Shown here: positions 21,166-31,012 of the stretch, piece by piece
Layout: each line of letters begins with the position of its first letter
Numbering within the stretch: position 1 is the stretch's first letter
NCBI GenBank assembly: GCA_965201075.1
Contig: CBDAVP010000003.1
Span: forward strand, 124,001 to 188,000
Source of the DNA: Isosphaeraceae bacterium
Lineage (GTDB): Bacteria > Planctomycetota > Planctomycetia > Isosphaerales > Isosphaeraceae
DNA: 64,000 nt
Direction: 5' to 3'
Translations under genes and position numbers: made by a program
Notes under the pieces: model-generated
Told to the model about the DNA's origin: nothing
Database searches by the model: none
Seen by the model: the letters and a program-made list of their open reading frames with translations, nothing else

Positions 21166-24100
21166 ATGGACACCCCGACGCCGCCGCCGCCGATCGCCGT
21201 CGATCTGGGCCGGATCGCCCAAGACTTACAGATCCGCCGCGTCCAGGTCGAAAGCGTCGTGCAGCTCCTCGACGAGGGGAATACCGTCCCGTTCATCACT
21301 CGCTACCGGAAGGAGCGCACCGGCAACCTCAATGAGGTGGCCGTGCACGAAGTCCAGGTACGAGTGGGCCGGCTCCGCGAACTGGCCGAACGGAAGGAAA
21401 CCATCCTGAAGGCGATCGAGGCCCAGGGAAAGCTCGGCGACGAACTGCGCGAGGCCATCCAGGCCGCCGACAACCCCAAGCGCCTGGAAGATCTGTACCT
21501 CCCTTATAAGCCCAAGAAGAAGAGCAAGGCCGGCGACGCTCGCGAGCGAGGGCTCGAACCGCTGGCCGTGCGGGTCTGGGGACGGGATGAGTCGCTGACG
21601 GACCTCGACGCCGCCGCCGCCGAGTTCCTCAACGCCGAGAAGGGGGTCGACTCCGTCGAGAAAGTTCTCGAAGGCGTCGGCCACATCCTGGCCGAGTCGA
21701 TCAGCGAACTGGCCGCCGTCCGCGACGCCGTGCGCCGCGTTGTCTGGAAGACCGGCAAGATCGCCACGACCAAGGGCGAAGTCACCGAGGCGCAGGGACT
21801 GGAGTTTCGCGACTATTTCGAGTACTCCGAGCCGGTGGCCAACATCCCGCCCCACCGGGTGCTCGCGATCAATCGAGGCGACAAGGAAGGCCCGCTCAAG
21901 GTCAAACTTGACGTGCCCCGTCAGGAATTGGAGCGGGCGTTGTTCCACCAGCTTCCCCTGGAAGGGCACCCTCAACGAGTCATCTTCGAGAAGTCGGCCA
22001 TCGACGCGCTGGACCGGCTGCTCATGCCCAGCCTGGAGCGCGAGGTCCGTCGCGACCTGACCGAGATGGCCGAGCGCCACGCCGTCGAGGTCTTCGCCCG
22101 CAACCTCCGCAGCCTGCTGCTCCAGCCTCCCATCACCAAACAGGTCGTCCTGGCCCTCGACCCCGGGTTCCGCACCGGCTGCAAGGTGGCGGTGCTGGAC
22201 GGCCATGGCGTCTTGATCGACCAGTCGGTCATCCACCCCCACGCCCCGCAAAACCGCCGCCACGAGGCGAAACAGGCGATCAAGGACCTGGTCGCCAAGC
22301 ACCAGGTCGGCGTGATCGCCATCGGCAACGGGACCGCCTGCCGGGAAACCGAGGAGTTGGTCGCCGAGGTCATCGCCGAGGGAACCAAATTCCACCAGGC
22401 GGCCCAGTCCGGCGACGCCTCGGCCCTCCCCGCCGAGCCGAAAGCCGAGGACGCGACCGCTTCCGAGCCCCCCACCGAGGCGGAATCCGCGACGCCTCCT
22501 CCTCCGGCCGACGTCCCCGAACCTTCCACCGAGACCGCGGACCTCGCGGCCACCGCGGAATCGCAACCACTAGAGCCGCCGACCCCAGAGGACCCCACCT
22601 CCCCGGAGCCCGCGACCGAGCCCCATCCGACCGGGGAGTTGACCAACGGGACAACTTCGACCGAAATCCCCGCCGAGGCCTTCCCGCCAATCTCGGGGGG
22701 GGGACCCGATGAGGGTGAGTCCCCCACCGCCGCGGAAGAAGCGGGAATTCCCCCCGCCGCGGGTTACTCCGAGGGGATCATCGAGGAAGCCCAGGCCCTC
22801 CGTGCCGACCTCCTGGAACACTCGGAGCGCACCCACAATCCCGCGCGAGAGATCGTGATCGAGGGTGAGTCGCCGCAAACCGAGGCGGTCTCCGAAACCC
22901 CGATCGAGACCATCCCTCCGCCCGACCCTGAGAGCACTTCAACCCAGTCCGCCCCGACCACGATCGAGGCGCCGATCGCCGAGGATCTCGTATCCTCGCC
23001 CGAGGGAGAGTCGGCCGGGATGGCTCGGCTCGCCGTCGAAGCGCCAATCCAGGAGTCGCCCGTCGGAACTCACGCCGAGGGTGACTCTTCCCCCGCCGAG
23101 TCCCCGGGCGAACCCCAAGAAACCGCCCCTCCCCACGAGTCCGGGGCGCAGGCGGTGGAAGCCCCGCTTTCCGAGTCGTCCACCGCGACCGAGGGAACGC
23201 CCAATGCGCCGTCGGCGTCCCTGACCGGGCCTCCCAAGGGCGCTCCGCCTTCGTCCTCGACCGGCAAGGGATCGGGCAAGGGGGAACCTCGTCCTCCGCG
23301 TCCCAAGCTGCCGCCCCCTCCGCCCAAACCCCACCCGGCTGACCCCCTGCTGGCCAAACTCGCCTATGTGGTGGTCAACGAGGCCGGGGCCAGCATCTAC
23401 TCCACCAGCCCCGTCGGCCGCGAGGAATTTCCCGAGTACGATGCCACGACCCGGGGCACTGTTTCCATCGGGCGGCGGCTCCAGGACCCTCTGGCCGAGT
23501 TGGTCAAGATCGAGCCTCAGAGCATCGGCGTCGGTCTCTACCAGCACGACGTGAATCCCAAGCACCTGAAGGATTCTCTGGAGTCGGTCATCGAAAGTTG
23601 CGTCAATTTCGTTGGGGTCGACCTGAACACGGCCAGCATCCCGCTGCTTCGGCACGTTTCGGGGCTGAACCAGCTGACCGCCCGGCGGATCGCCGAACAT
23701 CGCCAGGCCAACGGTCCCTTCACCCACCGAGAGCAGTTGAAGGAGGTCGACGGCGTCGGCCCGGCAACCTTCACTCAGGCGGCGGGGTTCCTGAAAGTCC
23801 GCGAGTCGGCCAATCCGCTCGACCGCACCTGGATCCATCCCGAAAGCTATGAAGTCGCCACCCGGGCGCTCGAAAAATTGGGCTTCACCCCGGACGTGAT
23901 CCTTCATCGCGACCAACTCCCAGCGCTCCACGAAAAGTTCAATGAGGCGAACCTGCCCGACCTCGCCAGGGAACTCGAGGTGGGCGAGCCGACCCTGCAC
24001 GACATCTTCAACGCCCTCGCCCGGCCCGACCGCGACCCCCGCGATGACCTGCCCAAGCCGATCTTCAAGACCGGCATCCTCAAGCTCGAAGACCTGACCG

Positions 24101-25008
24101 CGGGCATGGAACTCAAGGGCACGGTTCTCAACGTGGTCGACTTCGGCGCCTTTGTCGATATCGGCCTGAAGGATTCCGGCCTGGTCCACATCAGTCAGTT
24201 GGCCAATCGTTACATCAAAAGTCCCCACGACGTTGTCAGTGTGGGCGACGTCGTCACAGCCTGGGTCATGGGTGTCGACGGCGAGCGCAAGCGGGTTTCG
24301 CTGACGATGGTCCAGCCCGGAACCGAACGTCCCCGGGGTGGCCCGCCGGAACGAGGCGAGCGACCCAGCCGACGGCCACCGCAGGGGCAAGGGCCGGGCG
24401 GCGAAGGCGGCCCCGGTCAAGGGCAGGCTCAAGGCCCAGGCCGCCAGGGTGACCGTCGCGGCCCAGGACCCCGTTCCCCCCAAGGTCCTCCCCGCGCCGA
24501 TTCGGCGGGCGGCCCCGGGGCAGGCCCTGGAGCCGGTGGCCCAGGCGCCCGACCGGGTGGGGCTCCCGGCGGAGCGGCCCGACCCAACATGCGCGTCCCG
24601 GGTCCGCCCCAGCGGCCCCAGGGCGGAGCCTTTGGCCGCACCGGTGGTCCGCGAACGGGAGGGGGCGGAAGTCAGAACCGTTACGGATCGCCTCCCCCTC
24701 AACCCTCGGGCTCGACGCCCGCGGCCCCGCCGAAGCCAGCCAAACCGGCCGGACCGCCCCCACCCCTGTCCAAGGCCGCGCTCACCGGGACGGTCCCGTT
24801 GCGGTCGTTCGGACAACTCAAGCAACTTTGGACCGCTCTCGTGGACGAGCCCGTGGAAGGTGCCCCGCCGTTGAGCCCGGAAGGCAACCCCCCCCACGAT
24901 TCTGGAGCGACTCCCGAATCTCCGACTCCGCCTCCGGTCAAGGAAGGGCCGCCCCAGGTCGAGCCGAGTCCCGACCCCCAGCCCGAATCGGATCAATCGA
25001 GCAATTGA
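21166..25008 (+). CDS. tex: Tex/YhgF transcription accessory protein (YqgF, HhH, S1 domains) with large low-complexity insertion and tail
   Basis: GNTVPFITRYRKERTG, LEDLYLPYKPK, DPGFRTGCK, GNGTACRE, NEAGASIYS, RRLQDPLAELVKI, GVGLYQHD; S1 domain VDFGAFVDIG..GLVHISQL. Confidence 0.95.
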   Translation: MDTPTPPPPIAVDLGRIAQDLQIRRVQVESVVQLLDEGNTVPFITRYRKERTGNLNEVAVHEVQVRVGRLRELAERKETILKAIEAQGKLGDELREAIQAADNPKRLEDLYLPYKPKKKSKAGDARERGLEPLAVRVWGRDESLTDLDAAAAEFLNAEKGVDSVEKVLEGVGHILAESISELAAVRDAVRRVVWKTGKIATTKGEVTEAQGLEFRDYFEYSEPVANIPPHRVLAINRGDKEGPLKVKLDVPRQELERALFHQLPLEGHPQRVIFEKSAIDALDRLLMPSLEREVRRDLTEMAERHAVEVFARNLRSLLLQPPITKQVVLALDPGFRTGCKVAVLDGHGVLIDQSVIHPHAPQNRRHEAKQAIKDLVAKHQVGVIAIGNGTACRETEELVAEVIAEGTKFHQAAQSGDASALPAEPKAEDATASEPPTEAESATPPPPADVPEPSTETADLAATAESQPLEPPTPEDPTSPEPATEPHPTGELTNGTTSTEIPAEAFPPISGGGPDEGESPTAAEEAGIPPAAGYSEGIIEEAQALRADLLEHSERTHNPAREIVIEGESPQTEAVSETPIETIPPPDPESTSTQSAPTTIEAPIAEDLVSSPEGESAGMARLAVEAPIQESPVGTHAEGDSSPAESPGEPQETAPPHESGAQAVEAPLSESSTATEGTPNAPSASLTGPPKGAPPSSSTGKGSGKGEPRPPRPKLPPPPPKPHPADPLLAKLAYVVVNEAGASIYSTSPVGREEFPEYDATTRGTVSIGRRLQDPLAELVKIEPQSIGVGLYQHDVNPKHLKDSLESVIESCVNFVGVDLNTASIPLLRHVSGLNQLTARRIAEHRQANGPFTHREQLKEVDGVGPATFTQAAGFLKVRESANPLDRTWIHPESYEVATRALEKLGFTPDVILHRDQLPALHEKFNEANLPDLARELEVGEPTLHDIFNALARPDRDPRDDLPKPIFKTGILKLEDLTAGMELKGTVLNVVDFGAFVDIGLKDSGLVHISQLANRYIKSPHDVVSVGDVVTAWVMGVDGERKRVSLTMVQPGTERPRGGPPERGERPSRRPPQGQGPGGEGGPGQGQAQGPGRQGDRRGPGPRSPQGPPRADSAGGPGAGPGAGGPGARPGGAPGGAARPNMRVPGPPQRPQGGAFGRTGGPRTGGGGSQNRYGSPPPQPSGSTPAAPPKPAKPAGPPPPLSKAALTGTVPLRSFGQLKQLWTALVDEPVEGAPPLSPEGNPPHDSGATPESPTPPPVKEGPPQVEPSPDPQPESDQSSN

Positions 25009-25119
25009 GCGGGCCGTCACCAGGACGGCCTGGTGATTCCCCCGGCGAATCTGGTCCGGGTCGCCGGCGAGTCTAGAATCATCCGAGGGTTCCGCCGAAT
25101 CTTGGCGGCCCGGGGAGAG

Positions 25120-26352
25120 ATGGCCGTAATGTGGATGTTCGCCTGGCGCAACCTCATGACTCGCCCCCTGCGCACTGCTCTGGCGCTGGTCGGCCTGTCC
25201 ATCCCGATCCTGGGAGTTCTGGGGCTCTATGGCATCTCGGGAGGCTTGCGAAATCTGGTCGGTAGCACCCTGAACAAGATTCAGGGAGTGGTCGTCCTCA
25301 GGGAAGACTGCCTCAGCCCGGTCTTCAGCGACATGCCGATGTCGGTGGCCGACCAGTTACGCTCCATCCCGGGAATACAGGCGGTGGCCCCCGAGTTATG
25401 GAAGCAGGCACCAAGGATTGACAACCGCGGCGCAATGGGGCTGGCCGACCTGGCCAGGGCCGCCAGCGGCGACGTCAAGGCCCAGCAGAGTCTATTGGAT
25501 AAGCCGTTGATCCTGGGCCAGGACATCCCCTCCCACATCCCTCTCAAGACCCACCTCTTTCCCAAAGCACTGGTCGCCGGCCGATTCCTCGTGCCCAGCG
25601 ACCGCGGCCAGCCCAATATCGTGATTAGCAAGAAGGTGGCCCACGACTTCCGTCTCGGCAAGAACGGCCCGGATCGGAAGGTGGGCGATACCCTGAAGAT
25701 CGGACCCAAAACGTTTCACATTGTCGGAATGTACAGCACGGGCTCAATGTTGCTCGATGTCGCGATCTTGATGGACATCGACACCGCCCGAAACCTCCTC
25801 GGCGTCTCCCCCACGCAATGCTCCAGTTGCTACGTCGAGATGACCGACCCTTCCAAGAATCTCCAGATGGCCGAGACGATTCGGGTGAAAGTCCCGGGGT
25901 ACGAGGCCCGGCCGATGGAGCGAATCCTGTCCGACTTCGCCAACATCATGGGCCAGGTCGAGTCCTTCCTGCTCATGACCGTCCTGCTGGCGCTGGTCGT
26001 CGGCGTCGTCGGGATCGTCAACACGATGTTGATGAGTACCTATGAACGCTACGCGGAATTCGGCGTCCTGCGTACCAATGGTTGGTCCCGGGCGGATGTT
26101 TTGGGTCTGGTGACTCGGGAGAGTGCCTTCCTGGGGTTGATGTCGGGCATCCTCGGCTGCCTCCTGGCCTGGCTTGGGGCAACCCTGGCCAATCAGTTCC
26201 TGGGGGGCGGGTTGCAACTCATCATCACGCCGAGACTGGTGGCCCTGGGACTTTTCCTCTCGCTAGGGATGGGAACCCTCGGCGGCCTGATCCCGGCCTG
26301 GCGGGCGTCGAGACTCGTGCCGATGGACGCGATCCGGCTCGGGGCAAGGTAG
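25120..26352 (+). CDS. ABC transporter permease (FtsX/MacB-like)
   Basis: AWRNL..RPLRT.L; C-terminal NTMLMS.YER..EFGVLR..GW and PAWRASRL.P.DAIR. Confidence 0.9.
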   Translation: MAVMWMFAWRNLMTRPLRTALALVGLSIPILGVLGLYGISGGLRNLVGSTLNKIQGVVVLREDCLSPVFSDMPMSVADQLRSIPGIQAVAPELWKQAPRIDNRGAMGLADLARAASGDVKAQQSLLDKPLILGQDIPSHIPLKTHLFPKALVAGRFLVPSDRGQPNIVISKKVAHDFRLGKNGPDRKVGDTLKIGPKTFHIVGMYSTGSMLLDVAILMDIDTARNLLGVSPTQCSSCYVEMTDPSKNLQMAETIRVKVPGYEARPMERILSDFANIMGQVESFLLMTVLLALVVGVVGIVNTMLMSTYERYAEFGVLRTNGWSRADVLGLVTRESAFLGLMSGILGCLLAWLGATLANQFLGGGLQLIITPRLVALGLFLSLGMGTLGGLIPAWRASRLVPMDAIRLGAR

Positions 26353-26405
26353 ACGGCTCGCCCGAGGTGGGTTGGCCGCGGGTCCCGTGCGGAGGATGGC
26401 GATTC

Positions 26406-27119
26406 ATGATCGAGGTTGACGACGTTCACAAGTCGTTCCGCAGTGGCGACCGGATGATCGAGGTCTTGCGCGGAATCTCCTGCCAAATCCCCGACGGCCG
26501 TTGCGCCTTTATCGTGGGCCCCTCGGGTTCAGGCAAAAGCACTCTGCTCTACCTCCTCGGCGCGTTGGATCGCGCGACCTCGGGAACGATTCGGGTCGAT
26601 GGCCGCGACCTGACGGCCATGTCCGAGGCGGAACAGAACACGTATCGACGAGACAAGGTCGGGTTCGTCTTTCAGTCATTCAACCTGATTAACAACCTCC
26701 CAGCGCTCGACAACGTGCTGGTGCCGTTCATGCCGGGGGGCGTACCAGCCGGAGCCCGTGAAAAGGCGGTTGACCTGCTGACCCGAGTCGGCCTGGCGGA
26801 CCGTCTGGATCACAAACCCCGGCACCTTTCCGGCGGCGAGCAACAGAGAGTGGCGATCGCTCGAGCGCTAATCAAGGACCCCATGCTGGTCCTCGCCGAT
26901 GAGCCCAACGGTCAACTTGATTCCCGCAGTGGCGAGGAGATCTACCGGATCTTGCGAAGACTTCAGGCCGAGCGGAACAGCACCTTGGTCGTCGTCACCC
27001 ACGACCGGCGGTTCATCACCGCCGACGATCTGGTCCTGGAGATCGAGGACGGTCAACTCCGCGGCGAAGGGGGCCTGGTCGATCAAACCGACGACCTGGC
27101 CGAGGCCAGTTCGCGATGA
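26406..27119 (+). CDS. ABC transporter ATP-binding protein (LolD/MacB-like)
   Basis: GPSGSGKS, GFVFQSFNL, LSGGEQQRVAIARAL, LADEP, VVTHD. Confidence 0.95.
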   Translation: MIEVDDVHKSFRSGDRMIEVLRGISCQIPDGRCAFIVGPSGSGKSTLLYLLGALDRATSGTIRVDGRDLTAMSEAEQNTYRRDKVGFVFQSFNLINNLPALDNVLVPFMPGGVPAGAREKAVDLLTRVGLADRLDHKPRHLSGGEQQRVAIARALIKDPMLVLADEPNGQLDSRSGEEIYRILRRLQAERNSTLVVVTHDRRFITADDLVLEIEDGQLRGEGGLVDQTDDLAEASSR

Positions 27120-27168
27120 CTCTCTCCAACCGAGAACGGAACGCCCCTGAACCGTTGGAGACGCGGGG

Positions 27169-27197
27169 TTGACGGTGGAGTGCCGGTGGGGTATCAC
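27169..27197 (+). promoter_or_regulatory. sigma70-type promoter upstream of the GT87-like gene
   Basis: TTGACG-N17-TATCAC. Confidence 0.55.
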
Positions 27198-27367
27198 TCG
27201 CCCCGACCGGACCGGCGCTTGCGCCGGGGGGTCGGCCAACGTCGCATCCGGAGATTGGTCCGGAGAACCACGCCCGATCCAGTCCGACCCGCACACGCCT
27301 TGACGCCCTCGGGCCTGCCTGACCGTCCGCCGGGCCGCAGCCGTCGCCTCCAAGGAAGGAGTCCGCC

Positions 27368-28750
27368 GTGACGACCGTCGCCTCGTGGGTCGCCGACATC
27401 CCCGAACGCCGAGCCCGGCGCCTCGTCTGGTCGACCTTCGCGTTGCTGCTGGTCGTCGCCGCCTGCTGGTACGCCAAGAAGGCCTCCGACGGCAACAGCG
27501 CCTTCGTCCGCTGGCGAGAGCAGGTGCAACTCTTCTGGTTCGACGGCGTGAACATCTGGGATAAGCAGATGTTCCCCAACCCGCCGATTGTCCCAATCTC
27601 GATGTTGCCGCTGATGCTCCTGCCAACGGTCCTTGGCGGGGCGATGCTCTGGTTCGCCCTGAAGGCCGGGCTCGCCGCGCTCTCGGCCCGAACCTGCTTT
27701 CGGATGGTTCGAGAAGACTCGGCGACGCCATTCTCCCCGTGGGCCGAGGGAATCGTCCTGCTCCTGAGCCTCCGGCCGATCCTGAGCGACCTACACCACG
27801 GCAACAACAACCTCATCATCCTCGCGCTGATCGTGGCGACCCTCTCCGCCTGGCGGAAAGGTTACGACGTCCTGGCGGGGCTGGCCCTCGGCTTGGCCAT
27901 CACTTACAAGGTCACGCCCGCCCTGTTCGTCCTCTACTTCGCCTATCGGGGATCGTGGCGGACCGTGGTTTCCACCGGGCTCAGCGTGGGGATCTTCTTG
28001 CTGATCGCCCCCAGCCTGGTGATCGGGCCCGAGTTCAACGGCCAGTGTCTGCACATGTGGTGGCACCGAATTTTGAGCCCCTTTGTCGCCGGGCACGAGA
28101 TGACCGGCCAGGAGATCAATCAGTCGATGGTCGGCGTCCTCGCCCGGCTCTTCACCAAGCCGGTCGAGCGGACCGACCGCTACGACATGCTCTTCGACGA
28201 TCGCTACCTCCTGGCGATGGACCCCGGCACGGTGGCGAGAATCGCCAAGGGAATCCTCCTGGGAATGCTCGGCTTGCTGGCCTACTTCTGCCGGACCAAG
28301 ATCCGCCGCCGCGACGACCCTCGGTTGCTCGGAGAGTTCAGTCTGGTTGTCCTGACCATGCTGATCGTCTCGGAACGAAGCTGGAAACATCACTTCGTGA
28401 CCGTCCTGTTGCCCTATGCGTACCTGGTCTGGCAGGTCCAGAAATTCCCAAGATTCTCAACGAAGCGGCTGGTCCTCGTGGGCTCACTCCTGGCCTCGGC
28501 CTTCCTGATGGCGACGACGTCCAGCGAGGTCGGCGGGGTGTTGGGGGGTCACCAGGGGCACAAACTCGCCCAGTTCTACGGGATGTTCTTGTGGGCTGGT
28601 GTGGTCCTCTACGTGGCGACGGCTTGGCGGGTCGTGGCCGAGCGAGGCGAGGTCGCGCCCGTCTCCAACGACCCGATCCCAACGCCTCACCTGGCGATCC
28701 TGCCACGGAAAACGACAACCGATTCGCTGCAACTCGCTCCCGAAGCATGA
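27368..28750 (+). CDS. Glycosyltransferase family 87 (GT-C, DUF2029)-like membrane protein
   Basis: Polytopic; FPNPP loop, L.HGNNNL, LAITYKVTP, NQS, SWKHH motifs. Confidence 0.8.
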   Translation: MTTVASWVADIPERRARRLVWSTFALLLVVAACWYAKKASDGNSAFVRWREQVQLFWFDGVNIWDKQMFPNPPIVPISMLPLMLLPTVLGGAMLWFALKAGLAALSARTCFRMVREDSATPFSPWAEGIVLLLSLRPILSDLHHGNNNLIILALIVATLSAWRKGYDVLAGLALGLAITYKVTPALFVLYFAYRGSWRTVVSTGLSVGIFLLIAPSLVIGPEFNGQCLHMWWHRILSPFVAGHEMTGQEINQSMVGVLARLFTKPVERTDRYDMLFDDRYLLAMDPGTVARIAKGILLGMLGLLAYFCRTKIRRRDDPRLLGEFSLVVLTMLIVSERSWKHHFVTVLLPYAYLVWQVQKFPRFSTKRLVLVGSLLASAFLMATTSSEVGGVLGGHQGHKLAQFYGMFLWAGVVLYVATAWRVVAERGEVAPVSNDPIPTPHLAILPRKTTTDSLQLAPEA

Positions 28751-28896
28751 CTTCGACCGTTTGAGATTCGGCTCAAGCCACTGACTCTTTCGACCCGATG
28801 AAACCTCAAGATCGCGCAAGTCGGCGCGACCGGCACGAACCCCCAGGTGGTTCGGTGATTTCCCGGTCGAGCGGACGGACGCTCAGGAGGGTTGAG

Positions 28897-29883
28897 ATGA
28901 GTCATTTCCCGCGCCCGAAGAGTCGGCCCGTGGTTGAGGGATTGGAAGGCCGATCGTTGCTGACCGGGGGCGCCGGGAGCACCTTCGCCCTGGTCCCCGC
29001 CACGGTCGCCACGGCCGGCGGCACGGCGGCTCAGACGTTCACGATCAACCAGAATCAGTTCACGGGCTCGGGGGGAAAGATCACCCTGGGCATCGACGTC
29101 GCGGCCAACTCCGGGTCGAAGCTCAGCCCCAAGATCGTCTCAGTCCTCGGACCCGACCACAAGCCGTTGCATCTGACCCACTCGAACTACTCACCCCAGA
29201 TTGCCCGTAGCGAGGGGCAGTCGAGCACTCGGGGGGTTCTCGTCACGCTGCCGGTCGGCGCCACGCCGAGCACCTATACCGTGGTGGTCGCCGGTCAAAA
29301 GAAGACTTCGGGCGTCGGGATGCTGGGCTTCTATCTACCGGGAGACAGCAACGGCGATGGCGTCGTCGACAGCACCGACATTCAGGCGATCAAGACGGCG
29401 ATGGGTTCGAAGACCGGCGGCGCGAACTACGATTTCGAGGCCGACGCCAATCGTGACGGGCGAATCGACCGGGCCGACCTGAAGCTCGCCCAGCAAGACC
29501 TGGGAGCCAAGACCACGATCGAGCCGCTGATCTCCTCCAATATCGACCCGGACAGCATCAGCACCTACCAGCAGCGGACCACCAACGTGCAGACCATCCA
29601 CCTGACCGGCAACGCCTCGGCCGGCGCGACCATCACCTATCAGGACATCGCCGACAAGATGCCCGCGGTCACCAGCACCGCCGATGCCTCGAACAAATAT
29701 GGAATCTTCCTGACCTTGAGTCAGGGATCGAACACGTACAAGGTGACCTCGACCGACTCGTTCGGCCAGTCAATCACCGGGACGATCGACCCCATTGTCT
29801 ACAACCCTTCACTGCCTTCGTTGAGCCAACTGGCTGCGGGGTTGTCCAGCGCCCCCACGACCACCACTGACCCCACCAAATGA
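28897..29883 (+). CDS. Exported dockerin type I domain protein with planctomycete N-terminal export motif
   Basis: RPVVEGLEGRSLLT; dockerin repeats GDSNGDGVVDSTDI and ADANRDGRIDRADL; C-terminal Ig-like Thr-rich region. Confidence 0.85.
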   Translation: MSHFPRPKSRPVVEGLEGRSLLTGGAGSTFALVPATVATAGGTAAQTFTINQNQFTGSGGKITLGIDVAANSGSKLSPKIVSVLGPDHKPLHLTHSNYSPQIARSEGQSSTRGVLVTLPVGATPSTYTVVVAGQKKTSGVGMLGFYLPGDSNGDGVVDSTDIQAIKTAMGSKTGGANYDFEADANRDGRIDRADLKLAQQDLGAKTTIEPLISSNIDPDSISTYQQRTTNVQTIHLTGNASAGATITYQDIADKMPAVTSTADASNKYGIFLTLSQGSNTYKVTSTDSFGQSITGTIDPIVYNPSLPSLSQLAAGLSSAPTTTTDPTK

Positions 29884-29884
29884 G

Positions 29885-31012
29885 TTAGCCGGGGACATCC
29901 CGGGCGCGAGCCACGGCCGCCAGGACTTCGGGATCCGGGTCCTGGGCGGCCTGTCTCAATGATGCGATGGCCTGCGGCGTGCCGATACGGCCCAGGGCCC
30001 AGGCGCAGGCCGACCGGACGACCGGGTCGGTGTCGTGCAAGAGACGGTCCGCCAACAGCGGGATCGCCTCGGCGGCTCGTCGCCCTCCCAGGACGAGGGC
30101 CGCATTACGTGCGAGACCCTGTCGCTTGGCGCGGGCCAGAGCGGTTCCTTTCAGCGATCTCCGCAAGGTGTCCGGTTCGGCCCCGAGCCATTCCAGCAGA
30201 TCGGGCGTGGCGGCATCGGGCCGGGGGGCGAGCGACGGTTCCCGACCGGGGGGAGCCTTGCGATTCCAGGGGCAGACGTCCTGGCAGATGTCGCAACCAA
30301 AGGCCCAGCCGTGAAGGTTGGCGGCGGCCTCGTCCGGGATTGGTCCCTTGTGCTCGATCGTCCAGTAACTGATGCAGCGATTGGCGTCGAGCCGCCCCGG
30401 CTGGACGAACGCGTCGGTGGGGCAGGCGTCCAGGCAACGGGTGCAGGTGCCGCAGTGATCCGCCATGAACGGCTCGTCCGGGCGAAGGTCCGCGTCAGTC
30501 AACAAGGTCCCGAGCACCGTGAACGACCCAAGCCGGCGGTGGATCAACATCGTGTTCTTGCCAATCCACCCCATCCCCGCCAGTCGTGCGAAGTCACGTT
30601 CCAGGAGCGGAGCGGTATCGCAAACCGCGCGGCCGGCGGTCCCGGGGCGTTCGGTCCGGAGCCAGTCGAGCAGGCTTTCCAGCCGTCGCCAAAGTACCTC
30701 GTGGTAGTCGTCGCCTCGGGCATAGCGGGCCACCTTGCCCAGGGTCGGCCCCTCGGCCAACTCTTGCCTGGCGCCGTAGACCATCGCCACGACCACGGCC
30801 GAACGGACGCCCGGTAACAAATGACTCGGGTGGGAGCGAGCGTCGGCCTGGCGATGGAGATAACCCATGCCGGCGGCGAAACCCTCGCGCAGCCAGGACA
30901 GGAAGTCGGGATATCCCGGAGGCGCCATGGCCGGGGCAATCCCCACGGCCTCGAACCCCAGCCGCAGGGCTTCGGCCTTGAGGCGGTCGGTCAGGTCATC
31001 CGAGGCATTCAT
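29885..31012 (-). CDS. queG: tRNA epoxyqueuosine(34) reductase with C-terminal HEAT repeat
   Basis: YARGDDYH, DTAPLLER, GWIGKN, CGTCTRCLDACPT, CISYWTIE, FGCDICQDVCPWN. Confidence 0.95.
   Translation of the reverse strand: MNASDDLTDRLKAEALRLGFEAVGIAPAMAPPGYPDFLSWLREGFAAGMGYLHRQADARSHPSHLLPGVRSAVVVAMVYGARQELAEGPTLGKVARYARGDDYHEVLWRRLESLLDWLRTERPGTAGRAVCDTAPLLERDFARLAGMGWIGKNTMLIHRRLGSFTVLGTLLTDADLRPDEPFMADHCGTCTRCLDACPTDAFVQPGRLDANRCISYWTIEHKGPIPDEAAANLHGWAFGCDICQDVCPWNRKAPPGREPSLAPRPDAATPDLLEWLGAEPDTLRRSLKGTALARAKRQGLARNAALVLGGRRAAEAIPLLADRLLHDTDPVVRSACAWALGRIGTPQAIASLRQAAQDPDPEVLAAVARARDVPG

Noticed and set aside
22381..23340. Intein as explanation of the Tex insertion
   Set aside because: No splicing motifs or homing-endonuclease signature; low-complexity composition
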